Below the pieces are notes generated by a model. It was not told where the DNA came from and made no database searches. It saw only the letters and a list, made by a program, of their open reading frames with translations. Shown piece by piece: positions 1 to 10,008 of a stretch of DNA of 64,000 bases (positions are counted from its first letter, which is position 1; every line of letters starts with the position of its first letter). A program made the translations under genes and the position numbers. This stretch comes from a virus (lineage: Duplodnaviria; Heunggongvirae; Uroviricota; Caudoviricetes), in IMG/VR virus record IMGVR_UViG_3300044638_009648, one strand, 5' to 3'.

Positions 1-1700
1 GTACACAAACGCCAACCCCAACTCCAACAACCACACCAATTGTGTGTGGTTCTGGTATAACAACTGGAAATTATTATTACTATGATTGTTGTGGTAACTT
101 TATAAAAGGCTCCGGTCAAGAAACCTTAATCAATCTAAATTATAATTTACCATATTCTGGCGTTGACATCCTAAACGTACCTGCTACAACATTTTGTTCT
201 ACACCTACAAATACACCAACACCAACAACAACTCCTACCAACACCGCTAGTAATACACCAACGCCAACTTTAACTAGAACTCCTACAGCAACCCCAACAA
301 ACACCCCAACACCTTCTAGGGTAGTAAGTTTTGTTACCAAAAATGATTGTGATGTAATTACATTATTTCCTTTGGGGGTAGAGTGCCAGGGTATTAATCC
401 TTCAGCACCAGATGCTTTTGATGGTAAACTTCTTCTTAAAATAACTGGGGGGACAGCACCTTATAACATCAGTTGGGAAGGTGGTCAAAAAACCCCTTAT
501 TTGTTCAATTTGGGTGCTGGATTTTATGGCGTGACAGTAGTTGATTACTGGGGTGATTATACAGCAATTACCAATTGTCAATTAATCGGCCCTTCACAAA
601 CACCAACCAATACCCCAACACCAACCTTAACTCCAACTGCATCACCAACTATTCCAGGATTATGCTTGAATATCGTATGGCAAGACGGAACTGTTGTTCA
701 ATTAGAATTTGTATTCAACGGATACCTGAATGGAAAAGCATCATGGTTGAATATTGCAAATGGTTACGTATTGAAATGGACCCCAATCCTAGGATGGAGA
801 GTTACTGGTTACAGTTATCAAAATGGAATACTTGCAAGCAGCACAACTTCACCTATACCTTTGAGTGGATGGTTCGCTATCGGTGGTACTTACACAGCCA
901 ATATCAATGTAAATGAAGGAAATTGTACGACATTTGACTCCTTGTATTTTACACTAAGAACTAGCCCTGCAACTTGCGAAAATTCATGTAATGGTTCAAT
1001 AATTGTCACGCCATTCGGTGGTGTTGCGCCTTACACATATTCTCTAAATAATGGCGCGACAACACAAACCAGTAATATTTTCAGTAATGTATGTGGCGGC
1101 ACTTATGGGGTCACATTGATTGATTCAAATAATGATACTTATACACAAGCAGTTGTGGTTAGCAACGCTGCAATCATAACAAATTATTCCGTTGGGCTAC
1201 AAGTTGTAAACACAACTACACAGGGAAATACAAGACAACAACGCTGGCAAGTTTCTGTAACACCACCATTACCTTTTGGAGTTACACTTTCTTATAATTT
1301 AAACATTGCAATTGACCAACTTGAACAAGAACCAGGTGGAGGTATAATTGATTATCAAACAATTGTTAGGAAAAATACAACAAGTCAGTTTACTACTGCC
1401 CAATCAACTTCAAATATTAATCCTAGACCAGGCTGTTCTCCACAAACACAAACAGAAACTTTGCTCAACGAAACTTATCCTTTGACAATGACTGCTGGAG
1501 ATACCGTTAGTGGAACAAGTATTTCTCAAATTTTTGTTGATAACCCTCAAAATGTCGACGGGTGTTCAACTGTATTACGACAATCCATGATTGTGTCACT
1601 AAGTAATGTAAATATTCAAGGATGTGTCTGCTGTGCAGCAACATTCAACCAGGGTACGGCAACATTAAATCATACTGGACAAGCACAAAATTTTAACTAA
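1..1700 (+). CDS. 5'-truncated modular protein with repeated Pro/Thr-rich linkers; candidate virion or host-recognition protein
   Basis: The reading frame stays open back to base 1 (TQTPTPTPTTTP...), so the gene starts upstream of the window. It has three PT-rich linker tracts (TPTNTPTPTTTPTNT..., SQTPTNTPTPTLTPTASPT) separating Cys-containing globular segments. No enzyme motif was recognised. Confidence 0.5.
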   Translation, partial: TQTPTPTPTTTPIVCGSGITTGNYYYYDCCGNFIKGSGQETLINLNYNLPYSGVDILNVPATTFCSTPTNTPTPTTTPTNTASNTPTPTLTRTPTATPTNTPTPSRVVSFVTKNDCDVITLFPLGVECQGINPSAPDAFDGKLLLKITGGTAPYNISWEGGQKTPYLFNLGAGFYGVTVVDYWGDYTAITNCQLIGPSQTPTNTPTPTLTPTASPTIPGLCLNIVWQDGTVVQLEFVFNGYLNGKASWLNIANGYVLKWTPILGWRVTGYSYQNGILASSTTSPIPLSGWFAIGGTYTANINVNEGNCTTFDSLYFTLRTSPATCENSCNGSIIVTPFGGVAPYTYSLNNGATTQTSNIFSNVCGGTYGVTLIDSNNDTYTQAVVVSNAAIITNYSVGLQVVNTTTQGNTRQQRWQVSVTPPLPFGVTLSYNLNIAIDQLEQEPGGGIIDYQTIVRKNTTSQFTTAQSTSNINPRPGCSPQTQTETLLNETYPLTMTAGDTVSGTSISQIFVDNPQNVDGCSTVLRQSMIVSLSNVNIQGCVCCAATFNQGTATLNHTGQAQNFN

Positions 1701-1714
1701 AATATTTAATATAG

Positions 1715-3919
1715 ATGGGATACATTATCAAAAATACTTCTGGGTTAATTAACACTCGAATTACCGACGTGGGTAGAAGATATATTTCACAAGGAAATTT
1801 CAACATCGCATATTTTTCCTTGGGTGATAGTGAAGTAAATTATACTGCAGTTCCAAATTATTCTCAACCGAGAAATAATATTTTGATGCCAGCATATAAT
1901 GCTCAAAATGACACAGGAGTACCTGAATCAAACAAACAAAATATAAAGTACCCATTGTATGTGGAGGGTATCACAGGAAATACCTATGGAATTCCTTTCA
2001 TGGATGCTCAAGTTCAACCCATTTACAATTCTCAATCACCATTTGGGTTTTTTGAAAGCGGCAGTACTTATCCATTTTCAGTCGAAACGAGTTCAGCGTA
2101 TACCGTAACCTCGAATTATTATTTGGAAATGAACACCTTATCGGGGCAAACAAATCCTGTACAATTAATATATGATTCCTCCTCACCAATTCCAACTACA
2201 GGGACCCCAAACATAGGTGATTTAGTTGTAATTTATTTAGATAAAATTGGTTCAAAAAATTCTTTTTTGACTTCATCAGTTTTGACATATCAAATTCAAT
2301 CACTTTCGCCAAGTACAGGAACTGTAACCCAACCAACCTGGGATTTAACCCTCGATAGGCCAGTTCCAAATTTCACAGCATTAACTGCTGGTAATTTAGC
2401 TAGAGTTTATGTTTATCCTGCTGGAATGACTCAATTGTATGACTCTATAACACCAGCACCATATTGGCAAGATGATACTATAAATTTTGAATCCCCATGT
2501 GATATTTCTAACCGTGAGAACACTTTAATTTGGAACATGAATATTCCATGGAGTGAAAACCCTGCAGGTTTATTCAGTAATGTTTATTTGGATTATACAC
2601 AATATGGTTCAGTAACGTACATAGGCACAAAAGAATATCTAGGTTACCAAGAACCAAGTGGCCAAACCGATACTAGTCAAACATTTTATTATAATTCTTT
2701 TGACGAGAAAATAGTTGTTGAACCACAAGACCAAAAATTGATTTCTATTGTTCATTACACAAATCAATCAATTGATAATGTATATGGGGAAAAATTTGCA
2801 ACTTTACCCTTTGACCCACAAAATCCTACAAATCAAACAGGATTAGCCAGAAATTTCAAAATAAGTTTACCAACTTTAATGTGGCATAAATCTACCGGTA
2901 ACACAATTGGTGAAACATTTTATATTGACCCTCCTGGTTATGATTTGTGCGAACCTTTCTATATTCAATCTAAGGTCAATACAGACATGAATGACCCTGG
3001 AATAAGATATTATCATTTGTATGATACGAATCCAGATTCAAACAATAATTTGAACAGAGTTGGAAAAGTTTTTCCTGACCAAGAAATTGTTGTATTTGAT
3101 GACGAAGAAATATGTGCAGCATTGTCCTACAAGTCCAACAGAAATTGGACTTTACCTGCACCTCAATTGAGTTTATTGACACCTAACTCATGTTCTCCAG
3201 GTGAATTAATCCAAACGGGTATTCTTAAAAACTCCGAGGAAAAATTATGGGTGACCTATCTTTTTACAAATACTGGGTTTACTAATTCATTGCACTGTAA
3301 TTATTATTCAGTAATTTCGGGGCAAGATAATAGAAATGGTAATGTGCCGCAAAATGTTGGAATAAGATTTGGTGATGAGTTTCCTTTTCTAACTTCGGGG
3401 TCAACTTCAGGATTTACAGCGACTGGTCTGAAAATTCTTTGTCAATTCGTATCCGGTAATACAAGACCTACGTCAACTCAATGGAAAGAAATTGATGTAA
3501 CAAGTCAATTTACAGGTACATTAGTGAACGGGTATATTGTACCATCCGGGGTAACTTCCCAAGTATTCCAAGTAACCCTCAACGATTATTCTGGAGCAAC
3601 AACTTACAATTTAGGAAACTATTTGGACATACCTACTTTAGCTGAACCTAGTGTTTTAAATTTCGGTGATGAGTATTTTTTCTATGGAAATTTAGAGACA
3701 GATATAATGGCCACAATTTATGAAATGAGATACCTTGTGAATTTAGGAAACAATCAATTTACAACGACGTCAAACCCAACATTCCAACCAGGAACAAATC
3801 CATTCATAACTGAAATAGGGCTTTACAATAGTAACAAAGACCTTATGGTTATATCAAAATTGCAGTCACCAGTTAAAAGGCAAGGTGTACAACAATTTGT
3901 GGTAAAGTTAGATTTTTAA
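1715..3919 (+). CDS. Large hypothetical protein (734 aa), probably structural
   Basis: Long uninterrupted ORF with S/T/N/Y-rich beta-like composition, directly downstream of the PT-linker protein. No catalytic motifs seen. Confidence 0.5.
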   Translation: MGYIIKNTSGLINTRITDVGRRYISQGNFNIAYFSLGDSEVNYTAVPNYSQPRNNILMPAYNAQNDTGVPESNKQNIKYPLYVEGITGNTYGIPFMDAQVQPIYNSQSPFGFFESGSTYPFSVETSSAYTVTSNYYLEMNTLSGQTNPVQLIYDSSSPIPTTGTPNIGDLVVIYLDKIGSKNSFLTSSVLTYQIQSLSPSTGTVTQPTWDLTLDRPVPNFTALTAGNLARVYVYPAGMTQLYDSITPAPYWQDDTINFESPCDISNRENTLIWNMNIPWSENPAGLFSNVYLDYTQYGSVTYIGTKEYLGYQEPSGQTDTSQTFYYNSFDEKIVVEPQDQKLISIVHYTNQSIDNVYGEKFATLPFDPQNPTNQTGLARNFKISLPTLMWHKSTGNTIGETFYIDPPGYDLCEPFYIQSKVNTDMNDPGIRYYHLYDTNPDSNNNLNRVGKVFPDQEIVVFDDEEICAALSYKSNRNWTLPAPQLSLLTPNSCSPGELIQTGILKNSEEKLWVTYLFTNTGFTNSLHCNYYSVISGQDNRNGNVPQNVGIRFGDEFPFLTSGSTSGFTATGLKILCQFVSGNTRPTSTQWKEIDVTSQFTGTLVNGYIVPSGVTSQVFQVTLNDYSGATTYNLGNYLDIPTLAEPSVLNFGDEYFFYGNLETDIMATIYEMRYLVNLGNNQFTTTSNPTFQPGTNPFITEIGLYNSNKDLMVISKLQSPVKRQGVQQFVVKLDF

Positions 3920-3920
3920 T

Positions 3921-4520
3921 ATGGCAAAACTTCAGAAAAATTCACCCAAGGTTTTAGGTCTTGATGTGAGTACAAAAACAACTGGTATAGCATTGTTTGA
4001 TGTTGCAACAAGACAGTTGCTTGAATTAACTCACGTTTCACCATTACCTAAACCAAAGCCCGAAAGTAAAATTGAAGAACTTATATTAAAAAGTGGTATT
4101 TTTCGTCAGAAGTTGATGGAATATCAAGATTTAGGAATTACCAATGTTGTGATTGAAGAACCGCTACTTAATTCCAATAACATCAATACGGTAGGTACTT
4201 TAATGCGGTACAACACTTTAATTTGTAAAGAGGTTTTTGACGTTCTAGGAATCGTGCCTGAGTTTATCACAACCTATAATGCAAGGAAATTTGCATTTCC
4301 CGAACTTGTTCAACAAAATGATAGAGGAAAATTTGTTTTGTTTGGAGGTTATCCAAAGACAATTGACAAAAAAGAAATTATTTGGGAACACGTTGCAAAA
4401 AAAGAGCCACAAATTACCTGGCTTTATACAAGAAACAACACCCTGAAGAAAGAAAACTACGACATGACTGACAGCTATACCTGCGTTCTTGGTTATATGA
4501 GGTCAAAAAAGATTTGGTAA
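3921..4520 (+). CDS. RuvC-like Holliday junction resolvase (putative)
   Basis: N-terminal VLGLDVSTKTTGIALFD resembles the RuvC / phage resolvase motif around the first catalytic Asp (xLGIDPGxxxTGxAl). Size (199 aa) is typical. Confidence 0.5.
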   Translation: MAKLQKNSPKVLGLDVSTKTTGIALFDVATRQLLELTHVSPLPKPKPESKIEELILKSGIFRQKLMEYQDLGITNVVIEEPLLNSNNINTVGTLMRYNTLICKEVFDVLGIVPEFITTYNARKFAFPELVQQNDRGKFVLFGGYPKTIDKKEIIWEHVAKKEPQITWLYTRNNTLKKENYDMTDSYTCVLGYMRSKKIW

Positions 4521-4548
4521 TTCAAAAAAACTTTTCTACCTTCGTGGT

Positions 4549-4911
4549 ATGAAAATCAATGAACCACATTTTAAGGAACTTAACAAGTGCCTAAAATATT
4601 CTCCTCTGAAAATTGTTAACTCTAACATTAGGGGGGCAATAGAGGTTAAAAAATTTCGGGTCTATGCTATGCATGGATATAAAGAAAAGAAAATTGAGGT
4701 TGATGTTGTTTTTAAAGGCCAAATGCGTGCCTACCACGATAAATTTGGTACAATTTGGCATAATTCTATGGTTCTCAAAGAACCTTCCACATCGAAGATT
4801 AGAGTTTACAAGAATATTAGAACTAAAACCTACTTGTCAGTTGTCAATTTTCTCACAATTTTTCTTGGTGATGGACATTATTATGAAATCAAGAAAGTAT
4901 CCTGGGAATAA
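4549..4911 (+). CDS. Hypothetical protein
   Basis: ORF of 120 aa fitting tightly between its neighbours. The overlapping 4664..4921 ORF is taken as the alternative-frame artefact. Confidence 0.35.
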   Translation: MKINEPHFKELNKCLKYSPLKIVNSNIRGAIEVKKFRVYAMHGYKEKKIEVDVVFKGQMRAYHDKFGTIWHNSMVLKEPSTSKIRVYKNIRTKTYLSVVNFLTIFLGDGHYYEIKKVSWE

Positions 4912-5822
4912 TGGAAGATAAAAACGAAGTTTTAGTTGACCTCATCCGGGATGTTCTCGGAGATGAAAAGCAGCATTATGAATCCAAGGGACAGATATCT
5001 TTCGATTGTCCTGTTTGTGCCGCAGAAAAAGGTGTAGAAGGTGATGGTAAGGGAAACCTTGAAGTAAATTATTTCCGTGGGGTCTATAAGTGTTGGGCTT
5101 GTTCTGAAACTAGTGGCACCCAAGGAGTATTAGGTAAACTTTTCGACCAGTTTGGTAACAAAAAACAACGTCAATTATGGGAACTTCTTAAACCCGAAGA
5201 CGAAAGTGAAAAGGAGAAACCTAAAATCAAAGTTCGTTTACCCCAAGGCTATACCAAATTTAAAGACTCTAACATAAGGTTTATCCCCCACCGTGAGGCA
5301 ATTAATTATCTTTATTCACGAGGCATTACAGATGAGATGATTGATAAATATGACATTGGTTACACGGTTACGGGTGACTACGCCTATCGCATTATTGTAC
5401 CATCGTATGATATTGAAGAGGAGCTTAATTACTTTGTTGGTAGAGCTTGGGTGCCTAAGAAGATGAAATACAAAAACCCTGCTGTCCCTAAGGACGAAAT
5501 TATTTTTAACGAGAGTAGGATTGATTGGGAAAAAGATGTTTATCTTTGCGAGGGTGTTTTTGATGCCTTCTTTTTACCTAATCCAATTCCCATGCTGGGC
5601 AAGATGCTGTCGAACAAGTTGTTCGAAAACCTATACGAAAAAGTCCAGGGGGACATTCATATTTGCCTTGATGGTGATGCCTGGGATAACGCCCTTAGAT
5701 TATACCATAACTTGAATGGGGGTAGGTTGTACAATCGCATTAAAATCTTGAAGCTTCCAAAGGATAAAGATGCTTGCGATTTGAGGGGTGATATTGCTAA
5801 TTATTATTTTGAAATTAAATAA
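4911..5822 (+). CDS. DNA primase (zinc-ribbon plus TOPRIM)
   Basis: N-terminal Cys4 zinc ribbon (CPVC...x22...CWAC), TOPRIM glutamate motif YLCEGVFDAFF, and DxD motif CLDGDAWDNA. Confidence 0.72.
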   Translation: MEDKNEVLVDLIRDVLGDEKQHYESKGQISFDCPVCAAEKGVEGDGKGNLEVNYFRGVYKCWACSETSGTQGVLGKLFDQFGNKKQRQLWELLKPEDESEKEKPKIKVRLPQGYTKFKDSNIRFIPHREAINYLYSRGITDEMIDKYDIGYTVTGDYAYRIIVPSYDIEEELNYFVGRAWVPKKMKYKNPAVPKDEIIFNESRIDWEKDVYLCEGVFDAFFLPNPIPMLGKMLSNKLFENLYEKVQGDIHICLDGDAWDNALRLYHNLNGGRLYNRIKILKLPKDKDACDLRGDIANYYFEIK

Positions 5823-5823
5823 A

Positions 5824-6681
5824 ATGGATTTACATGAAATAGCTAAGGACATCAGAAATGTCGTTGAGCAAAAACGCCAAGAGCTCGGTCTTCAATTTTT
5901 TGAAGATGAACACAAATACTTGATGAAAGATTCGGATGGAAACATTCGTGAAAATTTCCCATCGGTATCAAAAATTCTTAAACATTTCTATACCCCTTTT
6001 CCAACGGAGGAAGCTGCACTAAAAAAAGCTGGAGGTGATTACATTGAGGCAGAACGTTTGATGGCTGAATGGGCTCAAGCAGGTAAAGAATCGACTAATT
6101 TAGGTAGTAGGGTACACTTTTATTTAGAAAAAGAACTTATCTCGCGTTATGGTGCTTACAAGGATGTTCGACAACCTATTTACGAATGTGATATTTTTGC
6201 TGAGGCAAAAAGTGATGCTATGATTCAAGCAGGCCATTCCTATCTTAATTTGTGTAATGAGCGCAATTTAGTGTTGCTTGATACTGAAATGGTTCTGGGT
6301 CATCCAGAATTAGGTTATACTGGTCAACCTGACAAGGTTTGGCTTACCTCTAATGCAAGTGGCACAGACTTTGGTTTGCTGATAACTGACTGGAAAAGCA
6401 ACAAGGAAAAAAATTTTCAAGTTAACTCCTACACAAAACCAATGCTACCACCATTTGAAGAGTATCCTGATAATGCCCTAGGGCATTATTACCTTCAACT
6501 ACCATTTTATGGTAAACTTCTAATCAAAATGCTTGAAGGTACCAAGTATGAAAACATCAAACTTTTAGGGTCTATTGTTGTATTACTCAAGGAAACTGAA
6601 GAATATCAAGAATTTCGTGTCCCTCGCCCCATAATCGATAGAATAATGACTATGGATATGTCCCTTGTTTTAAAAAAATGA
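5824..6681 (+). CDS. PD-(D/E)XK-type nuclease (putative recombination exonuclease)
   Basis: GQPDKVWL ... LLITDWKSNKEK matches the D...(D/E)xK core of the lambda-Exo/YqaJ/Cas4-like fold. Start set at the first ATG after the primase stop. Confidence 0.45.
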   Translation: MDLHEIAKDIRNVVEQKRQELGLQFFEDEHKYLMKDSDGNIRENFPSVSKILKHFYTPFPTEEAALKKAGGDYIEAERLMAEWAQAGKESTNLGSRVHFYLEKELISRYGAYKDVRQPIYECDIFAEAKSDAMIQAGHSYLNLCNERNLVLLDTEMVLGHPELGYTGQPDKVWLTSNASGTDFGLLITDWKSNKEKNFQVNSYTKPMLPPFEEYPDNALGHYYLQLPFYGKLLIKMLEGTKYENIKLLGSIVVLLKETEEYQEFRVPRPIIDRIMTMDMSLVLKK

Positions 6682-6717
6682 TTTGCCTATTTAGTTCATT
6701 TTTATTATCATTACATC

Positions 6718-7614
6718 ATGTCAAAATTTGAAAAAGTAAAAGAACAGTATCCAAATGTTGGTAACGCAATCTTTACCAAAATTTACAACGAAGATTGGAC
6801 ACCAACCAAAAAGTATTTTCCATATATGATAAAGCTTTGGGATTCAAAAAAAACCAATGGTTTTAATTTTACTAGCGCCAACCTTGTAAAGTTAATGAGG
6901 CAGTTTGATGAATTGTTACCATACATAGATGATAAAGATATTTCTTCGGCAAAATATCGTACCTACGGTGATATCGAACGAGCTATTCTAAAAGCAGAGG
7001 TAGTAAAAGAGGAGAAGACCTTTGTTAGAGATGAGCACGTTATGGTTTTAGAAGAAACTGATGAGTATATTTACCTAACACCAATAACGCACCGAGGCTC
7101 TTTAAAATATGGTGCAAATACCCGTTGGTGTACCGCATCCAAACACGATGAAAGTACTTTCAATAGATATAAAAATAATGGTTTTTTGACTTACTTGATT
7201 TCCAAGAATGATAAAACTCATAAGAATTATACAAAAATTTCATTCTGGTCAGAAGAAATTTCATCACCATTTTCTGGTGAAGTAATGATTTACAATGTTA
7301 TTGATGATGCGGTTGTCGATTCTCAAGTCATTGATGCTGGATGGGACATATCTGTTATATTTAAGTTGATTACTAAATTTCGTGAAAAAGCTTTCCTAAA
7401 GTTTAAAACTCAACAAGCGGAATCCAATGTCAAGCGAAAATTACAAGTTATGGGTGGTTTTGATTTTGCTGGGTTAGCATCAGATATTCAGTTTTTGGGT
7501 GATATGACTAATCAGTTCGCAACCCAATCTGCATTGGCTGCTGAAGCTGAGCTTGTGATTCAAGCATTCGTGGACAACATTAAACGACAATTAGTAGAAA
7601 CAACATTAAACTAG
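6718..7614 (+). CDS. Hypothetical protein; member 1 of an intragenomic paralog family (WC-[TI]-[AG] core motif)
   Basis: Segment HRGSLKYGANTRWCTASKHDESTFNRYKNNGFLTYLIS is shared in pattern with the proteins at 22781 and 24237 (see findings). Confidence 0.5.
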   Translation: MSKFEKVKEQYPNVGNAIFTKIYNEDWTPTKKYFPYMIKLWDSKKTNGFNFTSANLVKLMRQFDELLPYIDDKDISSAKYRTYGDIERAILKAEVVKEEKTFVRDEHVMVLEETDEYIYLTPITHRGSLKYGANTRWCTASKHDESTFNRYKNNGFLTYLISKNDKTHKNYTKISFWSEEISSPFSGEVMIYNVIDDAVVDSQVIDAGWDISVIFKLITKFREKAFLKFKTQQAESNVKRKLQVMGGFDFAGLASDIQFLGDMTNQFATQSALAAEAELVIQAFVDNIKRQLVETTLN

Positions 7615-7647
7615 TAAAAACAACATTAAACAACAAAGTATTAGCAA

Positions 7648-7854
7648 ATGGATAACGGATTAAAAATTGATTTAAAATCGGCTGAAACAGTCGTGTGCGA
7701 GCAATGTGCTAACACCACCTTTGGTGAGGTATTTTCATTTAAGAAGGTATCCAAACTCTTGACTGGCTCAAATCAAGATGCTTTGGTACCATTTCCAATG
7801 TATAAGTGTGAGGCTTGTGGTCACATAAACGATGAGTTTCTGATGCCAGAATGA
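7648..7854 (+). CDS. Small zinc-ribbon protein
   Basis: 68 aa with two CxxC pairs (CEQC ... CEAC). Confidence 0.4.
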   Translation: MDNGLKIDLKSAETVVCEQCANTTFGEVFSFKKVSKLLTGSNQDALVPFPMYKCEACGHINDEFLMPE

Positions 7855-8630
7855 TTAAACGACTAGTTCACTTCTCGGATTTACACATTCGTTTATTCAA
7901 GGACCACGACCTTTATCGAAGCATTTTGACTAATGCTTTATCTGAATGGGAGGTTTTGAAACCCGACCGTATTGTCTTTACGGGTGATTTGGTGCATTCA
8001 AAAAATCAGATGACACCAGAGCTCATTGAGTTCGTGGCTTGGATTCTTAGCGAGTGTTCCAAAATCGCTAAGACAGTGCTGATTATTGGTAACCATGATT
8101 TTTTGGAAAACAACATGGCTCGCCTTGATGCATTAACACCCATTATTGAGTCATTGAACGAAAACAACATTGTTTACTACAAAGACCGTGGTGTATACCA
8201 AGATGAAAACATAATGTGGGTGGTATATTCCCTTTTAAGCCATAACATTCCACCAGAAATTCCGACCACTGATTTGAAAAAAATTGGTTTGTTTCATGGT
8301 CCAGTCGTTGGTTTAACAACAAACATTGGTTACAAGTTTGAAGACGGTTTTGAGGTTTCGAAGTTTGAAGGGTGTGATTTGGTGCTCTGCGGTGATATTC
8401 ACAAACGTCAAGTATTTGATATCCCAGGGGGTAAGAAAGCATATATGATAGGTTCAACCGTACAACAAAATTTTGGTGAAAGTATTACAAAACATGGCTA
8501 TGGAGTATATGACGTAGAATTTGATGAATATACCTTTGTAGACCTGCCTAACACCAAACCATTTCTGTCGTTCAAGATTACATCATACCAGGATTTAGAG
8601 ACTGGCTCGGAAAAACTATTGAATCTATAA
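7851..8630 (+). CDS. sbcD: SbcD/Mre11-family metallophosphoesterase nuclease
   Basis: Calcineurin-like motifs in canonical order: HFSDLH, FTGDLVH, IGNHD, CGDIHK. Confidence 0.82.
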   Translation: MIKRLVHFSDLHIRLFKDHDLYRSILTNALSEWEVLKPDRIVFTGDLVHSKNQMTPELIEFVAWILSECSKIAKTVLIIGNHDFLENNMARLDALTPIIESLNENNIVYYKDRGVYQDENIMWVVYSLLSHNIPPEIPTTDLKKIGLFHGPVVGLTTNIGYKFEDGFEVSKFEGCDLVLCGDIHKRQVFDIPGGKKAYMIGSTVQQNFGESITKHGYGVYDVEFDEYTFVDLPNTKPFLSFKITSYQDLETGSEKLLNL

Positions 8631-8631
8631 A

Positions 8632-9471
8632 ATGAGCTCCAAAGCTGAAAAGAATATAACCCTCACATCACAGGAACTAAAAGACCTTGAATCCTATTGC
8701 AAACTCAATGGTTTCGAAGTTGAAAAAGTGGTGAAGGAGTCCTATCTTCAAGGCTTTAGAATTGAAAAATATGGGTTATTGGGAAATCCAGGCGCAGTTC
8801 ATGAAAAACAAGTGCTAAAAGAGGTAATTGTTGAAAAACGGGTGGAAGTCCCAGTAGAAGTTATAATCGAAAAAATTGTTATAGAATATGTCGAAATTGA
8901 AAAAGAAATCATCCGAGAAGTCCCTAGGGAAATTGTTGTTGAAAAAATCATTGAAGTCGTTAAAGAAATCCCAGTTGAGAAAGTTATTGAAAAAACTGTG
9001 GAAGTCATTAAAGAAATACCGGTCGACAGGATTGTTATACAAGAAGTCATCAAAGAAGTTCCGGTTGAAAAAGTCGTCACCCGAACCGAGTATATTACAG
9101 ACGAGTCAAAAGTCGCTGAACTCTTGGAGGAACTTGAACAACTTAGGAATTTATCCCCAACCATTATCGATAGGGAGGTCATCAAAGAAATCCAAGTTCC
9201 CTACGAAGTTGTTAAAGAAATTCAGGTGGTTAAAGAAGTCATAGTAGAAGTGCCCGTCGAGGTCATTAGGGAGGTTCTAGTTGAAAAAAAAACTTCTGAA
9301 GATACGCAACGACTGCATGAAACACTTGGCAAACTTCGTCAAAAATCTATTGATAAGGATGTTAAGATAAAAGAACTCGAGGATGAAATAAATTCGCTAA
9401 AGAGCTTACAACAGCAACAAAAGGCTGTATATTTAAGAGGTTCAAATTTGGACAATAAACTTTATAAATAA
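8632..9471 (+). CDS. Acidic repeat protein with about 11-residue EV(I)KE(I/V)PVEKV periodicity plus a C-terminal coiled coil
   Basis: Repeated KEIPVEKVIEKT / VEVIKEIPVDR / IVIQEVIKEVP units. It is inserted between sbcD and sbcC. Confidence 0.5.
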   Translation: MSSKAEKNITLTSQELKDLESYCKLNGFEVEKVVKESYLQGFRIEKYGLLGNPGAVHEKQVLKEVIVEKRVEVPVEVIIEKIVIEYVEIEKEIIREVPREIVVEKIIEVVKEIPVEKVIEKTVEVIKEIPVDRIVIQEVIKEVPVEKVVTRTEYITDESKVAELLEELEQLRNLSPTIIDREVIKEIQVPYEVVKEIQVVKEVIVEVPVEVIREVLVEKKTSEDTQRLHETLGKLRQKSIDKDVKIKELEDEINSLKSLQQQQKAVYLRGSNLDNKLYK

Positions 9472-9476
9472 AAAAA

Positions 9477-9815
9477 ATGGATATTTTAATTTGGTTTGTT
9501 CTAGCTTATGGCTTCACAAACATAATGGTGTGGGGCTCAATCTTTGCTGGCATGAGAAATAAAATTGCTTTGATGGGTGATGACATTCTTAATCCCTTGT
9601 TCCCAATTTTCAAGTTTATCTCAGGAATTTTGTCCTGTGTAATGTGCTTCTCAACTTGGGCGGGGTTCTTCTTAGGCTTGTTGATTTACTCGCCAACACA
9701 CGAGTATTTTCAACTAACGAAGGACATTTCATGGTTCTTTGATGGACTCCTCGCCTCGGGAGCTGTATGGGCAATAAACGCCATTATTGAATGGTTTGAA
9801 AATAACAGAAACTAA
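9477..9815 (+). CDS. Small integral membrane protein
   Basis: Three or four hydrophobic segments (ILIWFVLAYGFTNIMVWGSIFAG ...). Confidence 0.4.
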   Translation: MDILIWFVLAYGFTNIMVWGSIFAGMRNKIALMGDDILNPLFPIFKFISGILSCVMCFSTWAGFFLGLLIYSPTHEYFQLTKDISWFFDGLLASGAVWAINAIIEWFENNRN

Positions 9816-9816
9816 A

Positions 9817-9996
9817 ATGGGAAAAAAAACAAAGGAACACCGCAAGAAGGTAGCTGCTCGTAACGCTAAATTGAAAGGCGAAGAGCGTGCATACCAAAAA
9901 ATTATGAATGAAGCTTACCAGAAATATATTGAGCAACTCAAAGAAGCTCAAATGTCTGGGGAGACCAAATCTGAAGAAAGTTTCACTGCTCAGTAA
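9817..9996 (+). CDS. Small basic protein
   Basis: MGKKTKEHRKKVAARNAKLKGEER...; start moved to the first ATG after the upstream stop. Confidence 0.3.
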   Translation: MGKKTKEHRKKVAARNAKLKGEERAYQKIMNEAYQKYIEQLKEAQMSGETKSEESFTAQ

Positions 9997-10008
9997 TCTG
10001 GGTCTGAA

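Noticed and set aside
140-916. Small ORFs 140..340 (minus strand) and 575..916 (plus strand) inside the first gene
   Set aside because: They are low-complexity alternate-frame readings of PT-linker and adjacent sequence, embedded in a 552-aa continuous frame.
4664-4921. ORF overlapping 4549..4911 in another frame
   Set aside because: The longer frame starts right after the upstream stop and ends at the primase start, so only one of the two can be real. The longer one is preferred.
8790-9300. Periodic 33-nt-like repeats that could be mistaken for a CRISPR or tandem DNA repeat
   Set aside because: The periodicity is in-frame codon repetition (EV(I)KE(I/V)PVEKV units) within a continuous ORF. 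There are no spacer-like unique segments and no leader.
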